Positions 1-9,427 of a DNA stretch of 64,000 nucleotides are shown piece by piece. The DNA comes from an uncultured Candidatus Saccharibacteria bacterium (GTDB lineage: Bacteria > Patescibacteriota > Dojkabacteria > SC72 > WJKH01): positions 62,171 to 126,170 of the forward strand of contig CAZRRH010000002.1 of NCBI GenBank assembly GCA_964602665.1. Direction: 5' to 3'. Each line of letters begins with the position of its first letter. The stretch's first letter is position 1. The translations under genes and the position numbers were made by a program. The notes under the pieces are model-generated. The model worked only from the letters and a program-made list of their open reading frames with translations, did no database searches and was not told the origin of the DNA.

Positions 1-2
1 TC

Positions 3-830
3 TGTGGATGTTTTGCAAGGACTAAATTATTAACTCCAGAATTGCTAAATGCTGTTAAATCTCGAGGTGACGAATCAAATAATATTCCTAATGGCTTAAC
101 TGCATATGTAGGGAAATACTTTAAGCTTAATAAACCCGCCAATTTTACAGTTACGGGGGAAACAGATAGTGGAATTGATTTAACAAGAGATGATGATAAT
201 GCTGGCTTTAGTTATGCTTATGCCACAGGGTTTACTGGAAATTATACAGTCAAAAGTTGGGCCCAAAGAGCACTTACTGAATTTGCTTTGATACAAAATG
301 TGAGTATGACAGATGGAAACTCTCTGCCATCAGAAATTTCTGGTCATACTATACAAGAATTTGGTTTTACAGGAAATCTTTGGAATGTTCCTGTAAAGGG
401 AAAAATAACAGTTGGAATTTATGAAGCACCATATTATGGTGTTGGGACAAGATATTCATCAGCTTTTTGGGCGATACAAATCGCTGAAAGTTCAAATTGG
501 GAAGGAGCCTCTTCAACCTTGCAGCTTATACAAGACAGCTTTCAGATAATAGATATTGGCGCAACAAGGAAAAATACTTTATTGCCTTCAAATAGACCAA
601 TGGAGAGTAGTGGATCATCAATAACATCAAAAAGTAGTAGTTATTCATCGGCGCTTGACGATGAGTCTAGTGAAAATTGGGCAGAAGGTATGCGAGGTTA
701 CGAGACAGTTTCGTCTCCTAGCACAGGTCAATCTTATGATGTGCCACTTAACTCGTGGAGTTCATATGGACCAGAAGGTCCTGGCTATTATAGACAATTA
801 CCGGATAATTCTGTAGAAAAATTAAATTAA
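3..830 (+). CDS. Hypothetical protein, 5'-truncated by window edge (probably secreted)
   Basis: Frame is open from position 3 through the TTG at 42 to TAA at 830; Ser/Thr/Gly/Tyr-rich; no recognised motif. Confidence 0.7.
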   Translation, partial: CGCFARTKLLTPELLNAVKSRGDESNNIPNGLTAYVGKYFKLNKPANFTVTGETDSGIDLTRDDDNAGFSYAYATGFTGNYTVKSWAQRALTEFALIQNVSMTDGNSLPSEISGHTIQEFGFTGNLWNVPVKGKITVGIYEAPYYGVGTRYSSAFWAIQIAESSNWEGASSTLQLIQDSFQIIDIGATRKNTLLPSNRPMESSGSSITSKSSSYSSALDDESSENWAEGMRGYETVSSPSTGQSYDVPLNSWSSYGPEGPGYYRQLPDNSVEKLN

Positions 831-845
831 TTATTTAGAGAGAAA

Positions 846-1829
846 ATGGTAAAGAAAACAAAGATAATTATAGCAGTAATTGCGGTAGTCGTATTGTGTG
901 CGTCATGTTCTATTGGGACAATCATTTACAGACAAATTAAAGGTAAAGGAGGTAGTGGCTCATTAACAAAAATTGGAGGTTATAAAGCAGATGAAATAAC
1001 TCAAATAAAAGATTTTTCTGCAGTTACGGATGGTCAGGAGCTTATTTTAATGGGAAAAATCGCTGGACTTGCCTTTAATAGCCAAGATTCCAAGACATAT
1101 AGCTTAGAAATGGCTGATTATGTGACTCTTTTTATAGAAAGTAACCTATCTACAGAGCTGAAAAAAGACGACTTCGTTATTGTAGAAGGCACATGGATTT
1201 CTACAAGCTACACTTTAAAAGCAACGAAAATCACAAAAATTACTCAAGAAGATTATGAAGACATGCAAAAAGCTAATATGCCGCAGCTAAAAATTGAGAT
1301 AATAGATTATCCGACAGCTTTAAATCATAGTTGTGCTAAGACTTTTTTTAAACTAAAACTTACAAATATTGGCAATATTCCAATCGACCACTCAAAGATT
1401 TATGACTACGAGTATGGATATGGATTTTATTACTTTGTAGATGGTGAATATAGCAAATCTTACTCATATGATGAATCAAGAGGAGAAATTGCGCATCTTG
1501 GTCTTAAGGATTTTGGCGTATTAAATCCGGGTGATAGCAAAGAGGTCGAATTTGGCGGAGGTGGTCATGTTGTTCAGACTTTATATAAAGATTATTATTA
1601 CGACGACGGTAGAAGAAGAGAGCTTGGTGGATCAGGAGAAGGAAATTTATTGCAAAACAAGGGAATAGGTGAGCATCAAGTGCATTTTGGCTGGGCAAAA
1701 GATAGGGGAGATTTATCAGCACCTGATAAACCTATGTTTTTATATGAAACTGAACCTGTTAAAATATCTTTATCTAAAGATGAATGCGATATGACAGATA
1801 TTCACCAGACTGTCATTTCAGAATTGTAA
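846..1829 (+). CDS. Hypothetical membrane-anchored or lipoprotein-like extracellular protein
   Basis: 327 aa; basic N-terminus then hydrophobic helix (KKTKIIIAVIAVVVLCASC); possible OB-fold and Ig-like segments. Confidence 0.7.
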   Translation: MVKKTKIIIAVIAVVVLCASCSIGTIIYRQIKGKGGSGSLTKIGGYKADEITQIKDFSAVTDGQELILMGKIAGLAFNSQDSKTYSLEMADYVTLFIESNLSTELKKDDFVIVEGTWISTSYTLKATKITKITQEDYEDMQKANMPQLKIEIIDYPTALNHSCAKTFFKLKLTNIGNIPIDHSKIYDYEYGYGFYYFVDGEYSKSYSYDESRGEIAHLGLKDFGVLNPGDSKEVEFGGGGHVVQTLYKDYYYDDGRRRELGGSGEGNLLQNKGIGEHQVHFGWAKDRGDLSAPDKPMFLYETEPVKISLSKDECDMTDIHQTVISEL

Positions 1830-1872
1830 GAATCTTGCATTTTATCTTGCAAAAAAGTTATAAATAGAATAA

Positions 1873-1895
1873 TATATACCCAGGGAGGGTATATA
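1873..1895 (+). promoter_or_regulatory. Perfect 9-bp stem-loop just downstream of a TAGAAT -10-like box
   Basis: TATATACCC-AGGGA-GGGTATATA; TAGAAT at 1865-1870. Confidence 0.35.
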
Positions 1896-1913
1896 AATTT
1901 AATTGTAAAAATA

Positions 1914-3407
1914 ATGAAAAAACTGATACTAATCCTTATACCGACCGCTCTTTTGTTGTCTTCACCGATGATGATCAGCGCTCAAACAGGTACTAACAAT
2001 GTAGACTCTTATTCGCAGGAGTTAGAGACTCAACTAATGCTAGAGATGCCTCCTGTCACAGAGAATCCAAGTCACGCGATAATTTTTAAGGATCCTAGTG
2101 GAAAAGGTGTCTCGATTGTTATTGATGGTAAGGATTATGGCACTATTACAAGCCCTTATAGTCTCCCTACTTTAGGAATTGGTAAGCATACTATTGAGCT
2201 AAGCTTCAAAGATGAGGAAGAGGTCTCTCAAAAGGTCTTAAAAGATATTGTCATTATACCAAGACCACCTCGAATTGATACTCCAAAAATTATTGGAAAT
2301 AAAGTAAATCTTGCCGGTACAGGAGTCGCTGGCGGGTCAATAGAGGTTTTTATTTCAGGAGGACTATCTAATTATCGCAAAGAGGCGGAAATTAATATAA
2401 ATGGCATGTGGGAGCTTGCAATAACTGAAGACTTATTAGATGAGAAATATACTGTTATTGCGATCACTCGCAAAAATGGTTTCGCAAGCAAATATAGTGA
2501 GCCCGTCAATTTTGAGATCAGTATAAATGGAGGTCAAACAGAGGCAGAAAATCCTGTCGTTAGTGTGGCAGCAACGGACATTGAGAATATGAGCATAGAA
2601 GAGCTGATAGATTACATAATTAATTCTCAAAAGCTTCTGATAACTTCTGGGGTTCTTCTTTTAATCGGTATTTTGCTCGGCGTTTTACTTAAATTCTTAT
2701 TTACGGATAACAGCACTCGTAAAGTCGAAAGCTTGTTAAAAAACTCTCTCGGTCTTGGCAACAAAAGCCCTCAAGTCAATACAGAAAAAGTATTGCCGAA
2801 GAAAAAAGAAGAAGAAGTATGTTTTCCTGTCGATGAGGTTAAATCTATCAAAGATAAACTTGAACATGGACTTAGAAAAGATAGCGAAAAACCAGTCTTA
2901 AATGAGGTTGTTATATTAGATACCGCCACTCAGAAGAAGGAGTCGAAGGAATCTGTGGTTAAAAAAGAAGTTGTCAAAAATGATCAAAAAGATGTTGAGT
3001 CAAAACCTATTGAAGTTGCCCATGAAGAAGCAAAAACTGAGGAAGAACCAGTTGTGGCTGTTTTAGAGACCAAAGAGGAAGAAAAAACTGAGAAAATTAA
3101 GAAAATAAGCTTTTTTGATAAATTAAAAAAGAGGATTGGTACAAAGAAAGAGAAGATGGGAACAAAAATAGCTCCAGAAATAGCTCCTAATCTTATTGAA
3201 GAGGAAAATTTTGAACTTAAACCTTCGCTTGATGATTCTTTCGCTGATGAGAACGAGAATAAAGAAGAAGATGAGAAACCTAGTGAAGATATGCTCGCAA
3301 GCTTTCTTGATAATTTGTCCAAGAATAACAGTGAGAAATCGGATTCCGAAGTTGTAAACAAAGAAAAAGTTAAGAAGGACAAGACCAAAAAGAAGAAAAA
3401 GAAATAA
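1914..3407 (+). CDS. Secreted Ig-like-domain protein with TM anchor and long charged low-complexity tail
   Basis: Signal peptide; Ig-like motif (VNLAGTG...INGMWELAITEDLLDEKYTVIA); TM LLITSGVLLLIGILLGVLLKFLF; E/K-rich C-terminus. Confidence 0.75.
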   Translation: MKKLILILIPTALLLSSPMMISAQTGTNNVDSYSQELETQLMLEMPPVTENPSHAIIFKDPSGKGVSIVIDGKDYGTITSPYSLPTLGIGKHTIELSFKDEEEVSQKVLKDIVIIPRPPRIDTPKIIGNKVNLAGTGVAGGSIEVFISGGLSNYRKEAEININGMWELAITEDLLDEKYTVIAITRKNGFASKYSEPVNFEISINGGQTEAENPVVSVAATDIENMSIEELIDYIINSQKLLITSGVLLLIGILLGVLLKFLFTDNSTRKVESLLKNSLGLGNKSPQVNTEKVLPKKKEEEVCFPVDEVKSIKDKLEHGLRKDSEKPVLNEVVILDTATQKKESKESVVKKEVVKNDQKDVESKPIEVAHEEAKTEEEPVVAVLETKEEEKTEKIKKISFFDKLKKRIGTKKEKMGTKIAPEIAPNLIEEENFELKPSLDDSFADENENKEEDEKPSEDMLASFLDNLSKNNSEKSDSEVVNKEKVKKDKTKKKKKK

Positions 3408-3420
3408 GTGCTATTAAATC

Positions 3421-3533
3421 TGCCAAAGGAGGGACTTGAACCCTCACCCCTCCGTTTAACAGGCAATTATTACCTACTAAACGGAGGGACTGCGTTCTGA
3501 ACACAGCGTGTCTGCCAATTCCACCACTTTGGC
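3421..3533 (-). tRNA. tRNA-Leu(CAG) with abnormally long variable arm (113 nt)
   Basis: Minus strand: acceptor GCCAAAG/CTTTGGC-A, Leu-type D arm GTGGAATTGGCAGACAC, anticodon arm CTGTG-TTCAGAA-CGCAG, T arm GAGGG-TTCAAGT-CCCTC; 41-nt paired variable arm. Confidence 0.9.
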
Positions 3534-3535
3534 TT

Positions 3536-5296
3536 TTAAATCTTATCCCAGTAAACAATATTATCAAATCTATCCGAGGGAACAGCCATATATTCTTGCT
3601 CTGGTATTATAACATTTTTTGATATAAAAAAGGAATAAGTAGGGTTGTATAAGAACAAAACAGGTGCATCAGACATAAAATATTTCTGAAAGAGCTGATA
3701 ATACTCTTTTCGCCCTTTTTCGCCATTAATTTTCGTTGTCATTCTAGCCATCTCAAGCAAAAGGTCGATCCTTTTTGATTTCTCTGTTGGGCCAGAGATA
3801 TTTAGATTAGGGTAGTCGCTTTTTAGTGAGTGCCACAAATTATATTGATCCGGATCAATTGTAGTTTCAATTTCAAACAATAACATCTGAAAATCTCTGT
3901 TTGGAAGGATTTCTCTTATTAATTGATCATATGTTTTTTTGCCACTATCAATGTCAAGGATAATGCCATTTTGCATAAGTTGTTGGCTTATATTTTGTGC
4001 AATCTTATTGTTTAATGGTGTATCAAGATATGTTAAAACAAAGCTTAATTGCTCTCCACTAGAGTTTTTATAGAAAGAGGTTTGTTCATCTTTTGTATAA
4101 CCGTATGATTTGAGATATGCATCGGCTTTTTCTGGTGAATATTCGTAAAATATTGAAGGATCATCAAGATAAGCCCAAGATTTTCTACTTATTGGGCCAT
4201 TTATTGGCATTGCCAAAACTCCCACATCGTTTATTAGCTCCTGTTTATCGATAAGATGGCTAATTGCTTGTCTTAAATATACACTTTTAAATTTATCTCG
4301 CGTGTTAAAGTAAATAAGACGATTTCTATTTGATAATTCTATGTCAATTTGTCTAAAATTTACACTGGCGTTGGCAAAATCAGCTTGATACAGATCAAGG
4401 TTTGAGACAATATCAACTTTATTATTAAAATATGCGGTTAGAAGATCTTCATAACTGCTGTATATCCTAAATTCGTAGAAATCTATGTTCGGTTTCACGA
4501 GATAATATTCAGATGGAACAAGTGTTATAGAGTAGCCATTGTTTTGAGCTATCCTATAAGGACCTGAGCCAACAGGTTTATTATTTAACCAAGAATACTC
4601 GAGGATATTGACATCTGATTGTTCAAAATAGTGCTGTGGCACAATATACTGCGCTATAACTTCGAAAATTGTGGCGTTTTGCTCTTTTAATGTGAATTTA
4701 ATAGTGTAATCATCAATAACATCTATTGTAATACCTTCCATAGCTGTTCCAATTGTATTGATACCGTTTTTATCTGATAAGTAAATAGCCGTGTCAAAGG
4801 TGTATTTTACATCAGAAGCTGTTAACTTCTCACCATCACTAAAAAAAATATCGTCTCTTAGGTAAAAAGTATAAACTTTATCTTGCTCTATTCTCCATCT
4901 TGTCGCGATTGATGGGCGAGGATTACCATTTTCATCAATTTTTATTAATTTTTGAAATACAAGTGCCTGTACATCTTTATCTGTTTGACTTCTTGTGATA
5001 AATATCGGATTAAGATTTGAAATGGTGCCCAAAGTTCCCTCTGATATGCTCTTTTTTTCAGCATAAATCTGTGGAGGATTTTCTAGGCTTGATTTGATAT
5101 TGCCATAAGACAAAAAGAATATTATTGTTAGTAGCGTATATATTATTATGCTACTTAAAGGGGTTAATTTAACAATGTACTTTGCTAGAATTGTAGGATA
5201 ATCCCATAAAAAATCTCTAAATGTGCGCTTTTTATCAGACAAGATCTCTTCATATACTTCTTCTGAGATCTCTACTCTGTTTTGCAGGTAGTTCAT
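3536..5296 (-). CDS. Peptide/nickel ABC transporter substrate-binding protein (SBP family 5, OppA/DppA-like)
   Basis: Motifs YTFYLRDDIFFSDGEKLTASDVKYTF and PVGSGPY; N-terminal TM anchor. Confidence 0.9.
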   Translation of the reverse strand: MNYLQNRVEISEEVYEEILSDKKRTFRDFLWDYPTILAKYIVKLTPLSSIIIYTLLTIIFFLSYGNIKSSLENPPQIYAEKKSISEGTLGTISNLNPIFITRSQTDKDVQALVFQKLIKIDENGNPRPSIATRWRIEQDKVYTFYLRDDIFFSDGEKLTASDVKYTFDTAIYLSDKNGINTIGTAMEGITIDVIDDYTIKFTLKEQNATIFEVIAQYIVPQHYFEQSDVNILEYSWLNNKPVGSGPYRIAQNNGYSITLVPSEYYLVKPNIDFYEFRIYSSYEDLLTAYFNNKVDIVSNLDLYQADFANASVNFRQIDIELSNRNRLIYFNTRDKFKSVYLRQAISHLIDKQELINDVGVLAMPINGPISRKSWAYLDDPSIFYEYSPEKADAYLKSYGYTKDEQTSFYKNSSGEQLSFVLTYLDTPLNNKIAQNISQQLMQNGIILDIDSGKKTYDQLIREILPNRDFQMLLFEIETTIDPDQYNLWHSLKSDYPNLNISGPTEKSKRIDLLLEMARMTTKINGEKGRKEYYQLFQKYFMSDAPVLFLYNPTYSFFISKNVIIPEQEYMAVPSDRFDNIVYWDKI

Positions 5297-5521
5297 TTAG
5301 CTTAGTTTTACAATAAAATAAGACAAAAACGCCCAGAAAATAGCTAAAATTATAGTTGCATAATATAAGAATTTCTCAAGTCCTCTCCTTGTTCTAAAAA
5401 CTTCTCCACCTCCGCCAAACATTTTGCCAAGTCCTTCGGCTCTGTTTTGTAGAAGAACTGATATTATAAGGAAAACTGATACAATAATTTCCGTGATCAT
5501 TAAAATGTCTCGTGTATTCAT
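5297..5521 (-). CDS. secG: Preprotein translocase subunit SecG
   Basis: LIISVLLQNRAEGLGKMFGGG...RRGLEKFL; two TM helices. Confidence 0.92.
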   Translation of the reverse strand: MNTRDILMITEIIVSVFLIISVLLQNRAEGLGKMFGGGGEVFRTRRGLEKFLYYATIILAIFWAFLSYFIVKLS

Positions 5522-5523
5522 AG

Positions 5524-5931
5524 TTAGTTTTTTAAGAAATTAAGAAAAGAGATGAATAATGAAACCGCAAAGCCAACAATAATCAAATTAAATGGCATAT
5601 CCAGTGCTGTTTCTTTTATAATTATGCTTCCAATAGACATAGTATTTATTATAAGAGGATCAATTAAAAATCCAGGAAGTAATGTTTGAGCAAGGAAAAG
5701 TGCAATACTAATGCAAACTGTGCTTGCCAGAATATAAGTTAAAAAATTGTTCCTTATTGTCAGAAAGCGAAGTAGGTTTCCCGCAAATGATAAAGACAGA
5801 GTAATCATAAGTAAAAAAGCTATAAAATATCCAGTTGATGTAGGTAACGTAATATTTGGGAAGAAGGATATTACCAAATAAGAAATCGCTGATTGAATTA
5901 TCAGATTATATAGAACTCTTTTAATGTTCAT
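5524..5931 (-). CDS. 4-TM membrane protein, phage-holin family 4-like
   Basis: 135 aa, four hydrophobic segments; size and position upstream of secG fit this family. Confidence 0.55.
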   Translation of the reverse strand: MNIKRVLYNLIIQSAISYLVISFFPNITLPTSTGYFIAFLLMITLSLSFAGNLLRFLTIRNNFLTYILASTVCISIALFLAQTLLPGFLIDPLIINTMSIGSIIIKETALDMPFNLIIVGFAVSLFISFLNFLKN

Positions 5932-6027
5932 ACTTGCAAGTATACATCATTTTGAGCTTTTATGCAAAATAGTGTATAATTAGCTATCACTAGAAGCTAC
6001 TAAATAGCAACCAAACTTTTTTAATAA

Positions 6028-6100
6028 GGTGATGTAGCCAAGTTGGTTAAGGCCGCAGTCTGCAAAACTGCTACCGTGGGTTCGAATCCCGCCATCACCT
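6028..6100 (+). tRNA. tRNA-Cys(GCA)
   Basis: GGTGATG/CATCACC-T acceptor; anticodon arm GCAGT-CTGCAAA-ACTGC; TTCGAAT T loop; U73 discriminator. Confidence 0.96.
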
Positions 6101-6142
6101 ATTATTGAAAAAAGTTCGTTGTTTTGGTAGAATCTACACATT

Positions 6143-6226
6143 GCCGGGGTGGTGGAATTGGCAGACACGCAGGACTTAAAATCCTGTTCTAGAAATAGAG
6201 TGCGGGTTCGATCCCCGCCCTCGGCA
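6143..6226 (+). tRNA. tRNA-Leu(TAA)
   Basis: GCCGGGG/CCTCGGC-A; anticodon arm CAGGA-CTTAAAA-TCCTG; normal short class II variable arm. Confidence 0.96.
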
Positions 6227-6273
6227 GTAGGATTTTACACGGGATTCTTAATTAAGAGATGGCTTCTGTAATA

Positions 6274-7011
6274 TTAGTCTAGGTCTTCAAATTTGTCTGG
6301 GGAGCTGTTCTTACATCTTGGACATGAAAGTATTTTCATAGGTTTCTCAATAACTAATCCACAGATAAGACATTTTTTTCTACTCCATGATAAATAAAGA
6401 TCATCGTCGTGCTCTTTATCTGTCAGCAGAGGATCATTTAGTACATCCACAGGAGATAATTCTTTTTTAATAAAATCTAAGACAGTTTGAACAGTTTGAT
6501 CTAATGTTTGTTTAGAAGAATCAAGTACTAGGTCATAATATTTTTGTGGACTTTTATAGTCGACATTATATAAAGATAGATATCGGTTAGCATCAAGTTC
6601 GTATCTTCTGATTAAATCTTCTTTTGCTTTATCAAAATTTTGGTAAAGATCGCTTTTACTTTCTAACGTGCGTTTTGCCCGTGTATCAATATCACAATCT
6701 AGCCATATTTTTACTGTTTTAGGCATGTCAAATGGCAAAATTGTTGCTACAATTTTACTCTCAACTAATGTGTCACCTTCTTTTAACTTTGCAATAAGCA
6801 TTTGATCGACATCTTTATCGTATTTTATTACCTCTTCTTCGCTTTTACCTTCTAGAAAAGTATTGACATTTTCAAATCCCTCTTTCTGAGCAAATTCTCG
6901 CATCATCCCCCCACCGTAAAAACGAGGAAGATTAAGTCTCTCTGAGACAGCTTTAGCTACTGCAGATGAGCCACTACCTCCAGGACCACCGATAATAACA
7001 TTATATTTCAT
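6274..7011 (-). CDS. cmk: Archaeal-type cytidylate kinase with C-terminal rubredoxin-like Cys4 domain
   Basis: P-loop GGPGGSGSS, GGGMMREFA, KIWLDCDIDTRAKR, RYLSLYNVD..YDLVLDSS; C-terminal CLICG-x12-CPRC. Confidence 0.8.
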   Translation of the reverse strand: MKYNVIIGGPGGSGSSAVAKAVSERLNLPRFYGGGMMREFAQKEGFENVNTFLEGKSEEEVIKYDKDVDQMLIAKLKEGDTLVESKIVATILPFDMPKTVKIWLDCDIDTRAKRTLESKSDLYQNFDKAKEDLIRRYELDANRYLSLYNVDYKSPQKYYDLVLDSSKQTLDQTVQTVLDFIKKELSPVDVLNDPLLTDKEHDDDLYLSWSRKKCLICGLVIEKPMKILSCPRCKNSSPDKFEDLD

Positions 7012-7058
7012 ATTAATGCTTTAATAATTTATATAAATGTTATACAATTGTACATTAT

Positions 7059-8264
7059 ATGGTCAAATTAGACAAGCGAGCCCAAAATAGAAGGCATATT
7101 AGTAAAAAAAATATAAAATTGAGCTCAGAGCAGATTTATATTATAGGTTTTGTCATTTTTATGACAATTATTGGTTCGCTTGAGATATTTAATGCAAGCG
7201 GATATCGTGCTTTAGTAACATCATTTGCTGATCAGTTCCATTTTTTAAAGTTACATATTATATGGGTCATTGTCGGAGTTAGTTTTGGTACGGCTCTTTT
7301 TTTTATATCACATAAAATCTGGCTTAAAATGTTTTGGGGCATATTTATTGTACAGACAATTATGCTTATAGGTGTACTTATTTTTGGCGTTACAATAAAC
7401 TCTGCCAAAAGATGGTTTAATCTTGGCCCGATTCCCTTGCAGCCAGCAGAATTTGCTAAATTGGGAACGATAATAATATTATCTGTTTTACTCTCAGGCA
7501 GCTATGCAAGCATTGACATATGGAAGCGCAAAATGTTTGGTTGGAGCAGGGAATTTGCAAATAAAGTTACTATTTTTGTTATATTTTTGGTCGTTACCCT
7601 TGTTTTAATATTGATAGAGCCTGATATGGGTACGACAATGGCTATTGGTGCTACCTCGATTATCATGTTCTTCTTGTCTTCAAACGAAGCTGATCATATA
7701 AAAAACAGTTTTCTTATGGCGCTTGTTTTGGTTTTAGTTTTAGGACTGGCTATGATACTAGAGCCTTATAGGATGACAAGAATTAAGACTTATGTTAATT
7801 TATTGACGACCGGTGAAGTCTCTGATGTGAATAAAAGTGGTCATCAGATAGAACAAATTTTAATAGGGGTTGGTAGCGGAGGATTTTGGGGCAAGGGGTT
7901 TGGACTTTCAAGACAAAAATATGGCTATTTAGTTGAGAATACTGCGTTTACTGATTCTACTGTTGCAATATTACTTGAAGAACTTGGGACTGTTTCTGGT
8001 ATAATACTTGTGACTGGTTGGCTTCTGTTCCTTATGAATGGATATAAGATAGCAACAAAAACGACAGATCCGCGGTCAAAACTGCTTGCTTACGGTATAA
8101 CGAGTTGGTTGGTAATACAAGCATTTATAAATATTGGGGCTAATCTCGCTTTGATACCTCTAACAGGGATTCCTTTGCCTTTTCTTACATATGGGGGATC
8201 AAGCACGATAGCAACATTTATGGGAATTGGGATTTTACTTAATATTTCAAGAGAAAGTATATGA
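7059..8264 (+). CDS. ftsW: SEDS peptidoglycan glycosyltransferase FtsW
   Basis: AKRWFNLG, QPAEFAK, EPDMGT, PLTGIPLPFLTYGGSS; directly upstream of murG. Confidence 0.93.
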   Translation: MVKLDKRAQNRRHISKKNIKLSSEQIYIIGFVIFMTIIGSLEIFNASGYRALVTSFADQFHFLKLHIIWVIVGVSFGTALFFISHKIWLKMFWGIFIVQTIMLIGVLIFGVTINSAKRWFNLGPIPLQPAEFAKLGTIIILSVLLSGSYASIDIWKRKMFGWSREFANKVTIFVIFLVVTLVLILIEPDMGTTMAIGATSIIMFFLSSNEADHIKNSFLMALVLVLVLGLAMILEPYRMTRIKTYVNLLTTGEVSDVNKSGHQIEQILIGVGSGGFWGKGFGLSRQKYGYLVENTAFTDSTVAILLEELGTVSGIILVTGWLLFLMNGYKIATKTTDPRSKLLAYGITSWLVIQAFINIGANLALIPLTGIPLPFLTYGGSSTIATFMGIGILLNISRESI

Positions 8265-9427
8265 AAATAATTGTTACAGGAGGAGGAAGTGGTGGCCATG
8301 TTTCACCCGCAGTTGCTGTTATAGAAAAGTTACAGGAAATAAAGGATTATGATATCTTATATATTGGAGGAAGGGCCGTTTCACAAAGCGTTTCTAATTC
8401 AATAAGCATTGAAGAGAAAATTTTTGCCAATAAAGATGTAAAAAAAGTGTTTATAAGAGGAGGTAAATTGCAAAGGAAATTTAGGTGGTCTAGTTTTAAA
8501 CTGCTTTTTGGCGTTTTTGGAGGATTTATAGATGCTTACAGGCAGATAAAGAAATTTTCGCCAGAGTTGATATTTTCTACGGGAGGATATGTAACAGTGC
8601 CTGTTTGTATTGTTGGTTGGCTAAAAAAAGTTCCAATATACATACATGAGCAAACCGCAGGAGTTGGGCTGACTAATCGAATAGTAGGCAAGATAGCGAC
8701 TAAAATCTTCATCTCATTTGAGCAGTCTGCAAAATATTTTGACTCAAAAAAAACAATTTTAGTCGGGAATATTGTAAGACCTGCTATTTTTAAAATAAAT
8801 TCTAAAACTGATTTGTCTAAGCAAATAGCTAAAATGAAAGAAATTCGTAAACCAATTGTATTTATAGCAGGTGGAGGGCAGGGCTCTCATTTTATAAATT
8901 TGCTAGTCAGACAGATGCTTATTTATGCACTTATGGATTTCCAAATTGTCTTGCAGACTGGCGAAAATGATCAGTACAAAGATTTTGATATTTTTATAAG
9001 AGAAAAGCTAAAATTATCAAGTAAATTATGTGATTCTTTCGTTCCAGTAAAGTATATATATGAAGACGACATTGGTTATGTTTTTAAAAATGCCGATGTC
9101 TATGTTGGCAGAGCAGGTGCAAATTATGTCTACGAAATGGGAATTTACCGCAAGCCATCTTTATTAATCCCTATCCCTTGGGTTACTAACAACGAGCAGG
9201 TTAAGAATGCACAGGTACTAGTTGATTGTGGTATAGGGAGGATTCTACCACAAGGTGAGCTTACTGCAGAGAAATTACATCAGGAAATAAAAAAGTTTCT
9301 TGGTGATCTGAACTCGGGCAAGATTGTTGCCAACGAATCCGAAATCACCAAGAATTTTAAGACAGATGCGTTAAATACGATTATTACTAATATTGAGAAT
9401 CGTAATAATCTTGTGTTCGGAAAATAA
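8261..9427 (+). CDS. murG: Lipid II GlcNAc transferase MurG
   Basis: TGGGSGGHVSP, STGGYV, HEQ, GGGQGS, GRAGA, EQVKNA. Confidence 0.95.
   Translation: MKIIVTGGGSGGHVSPAVAVIEKLQEIKDYDILYIGGRAVSQSVSNSISIEEKIFANKDVKKVFIRGGKLQRKFRWSSFKLLFGVFGGFIDAYRQIKKFSPELIFSTGGYVTVPVCIVGWLKKVPIYIHEQTAGVGLTNRIVGKIATKIFISFEQSAKYFDSKKTILVGNIVRPAIFKINSKTDLSKQIAKMKEIRKPIVFIAGGGQGSHFINLLVRQMLIYALMDFQIVLQTGENDQYKDFDIFIREKLKLSSKLCDSFVPVKYIYEDDIGYVFKNADVYVGRAGANYVYEMGIYRKPSLLIPIPWVTNNEQVKNAQVLVDCGIGRILPQGELTAEKLHQEIKKFLGDLNSGKIVANESEITKNFKTDALNTIITNIENRNNLVFGK

Noticed and set aside
3448-3488. Group I or bulge-helix-bulge intron in tRNA-Leu
   Set aside because: The insert is a simple hairpin in the variable region rather than the anticodon loop, is far too short for group I, and shows no BHB motif.
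2984-3567. Minus-strand ORFs 2984..3466 and 3370..3567
   Set aside because: Antisense shadows of the E/K-rich gene tail that also overlap tRNA-Leu.
5980-6168. 62-aa minus-strand ORF
   Set aside because: Antisense to tRNA-Cys and tRNA-Leu.
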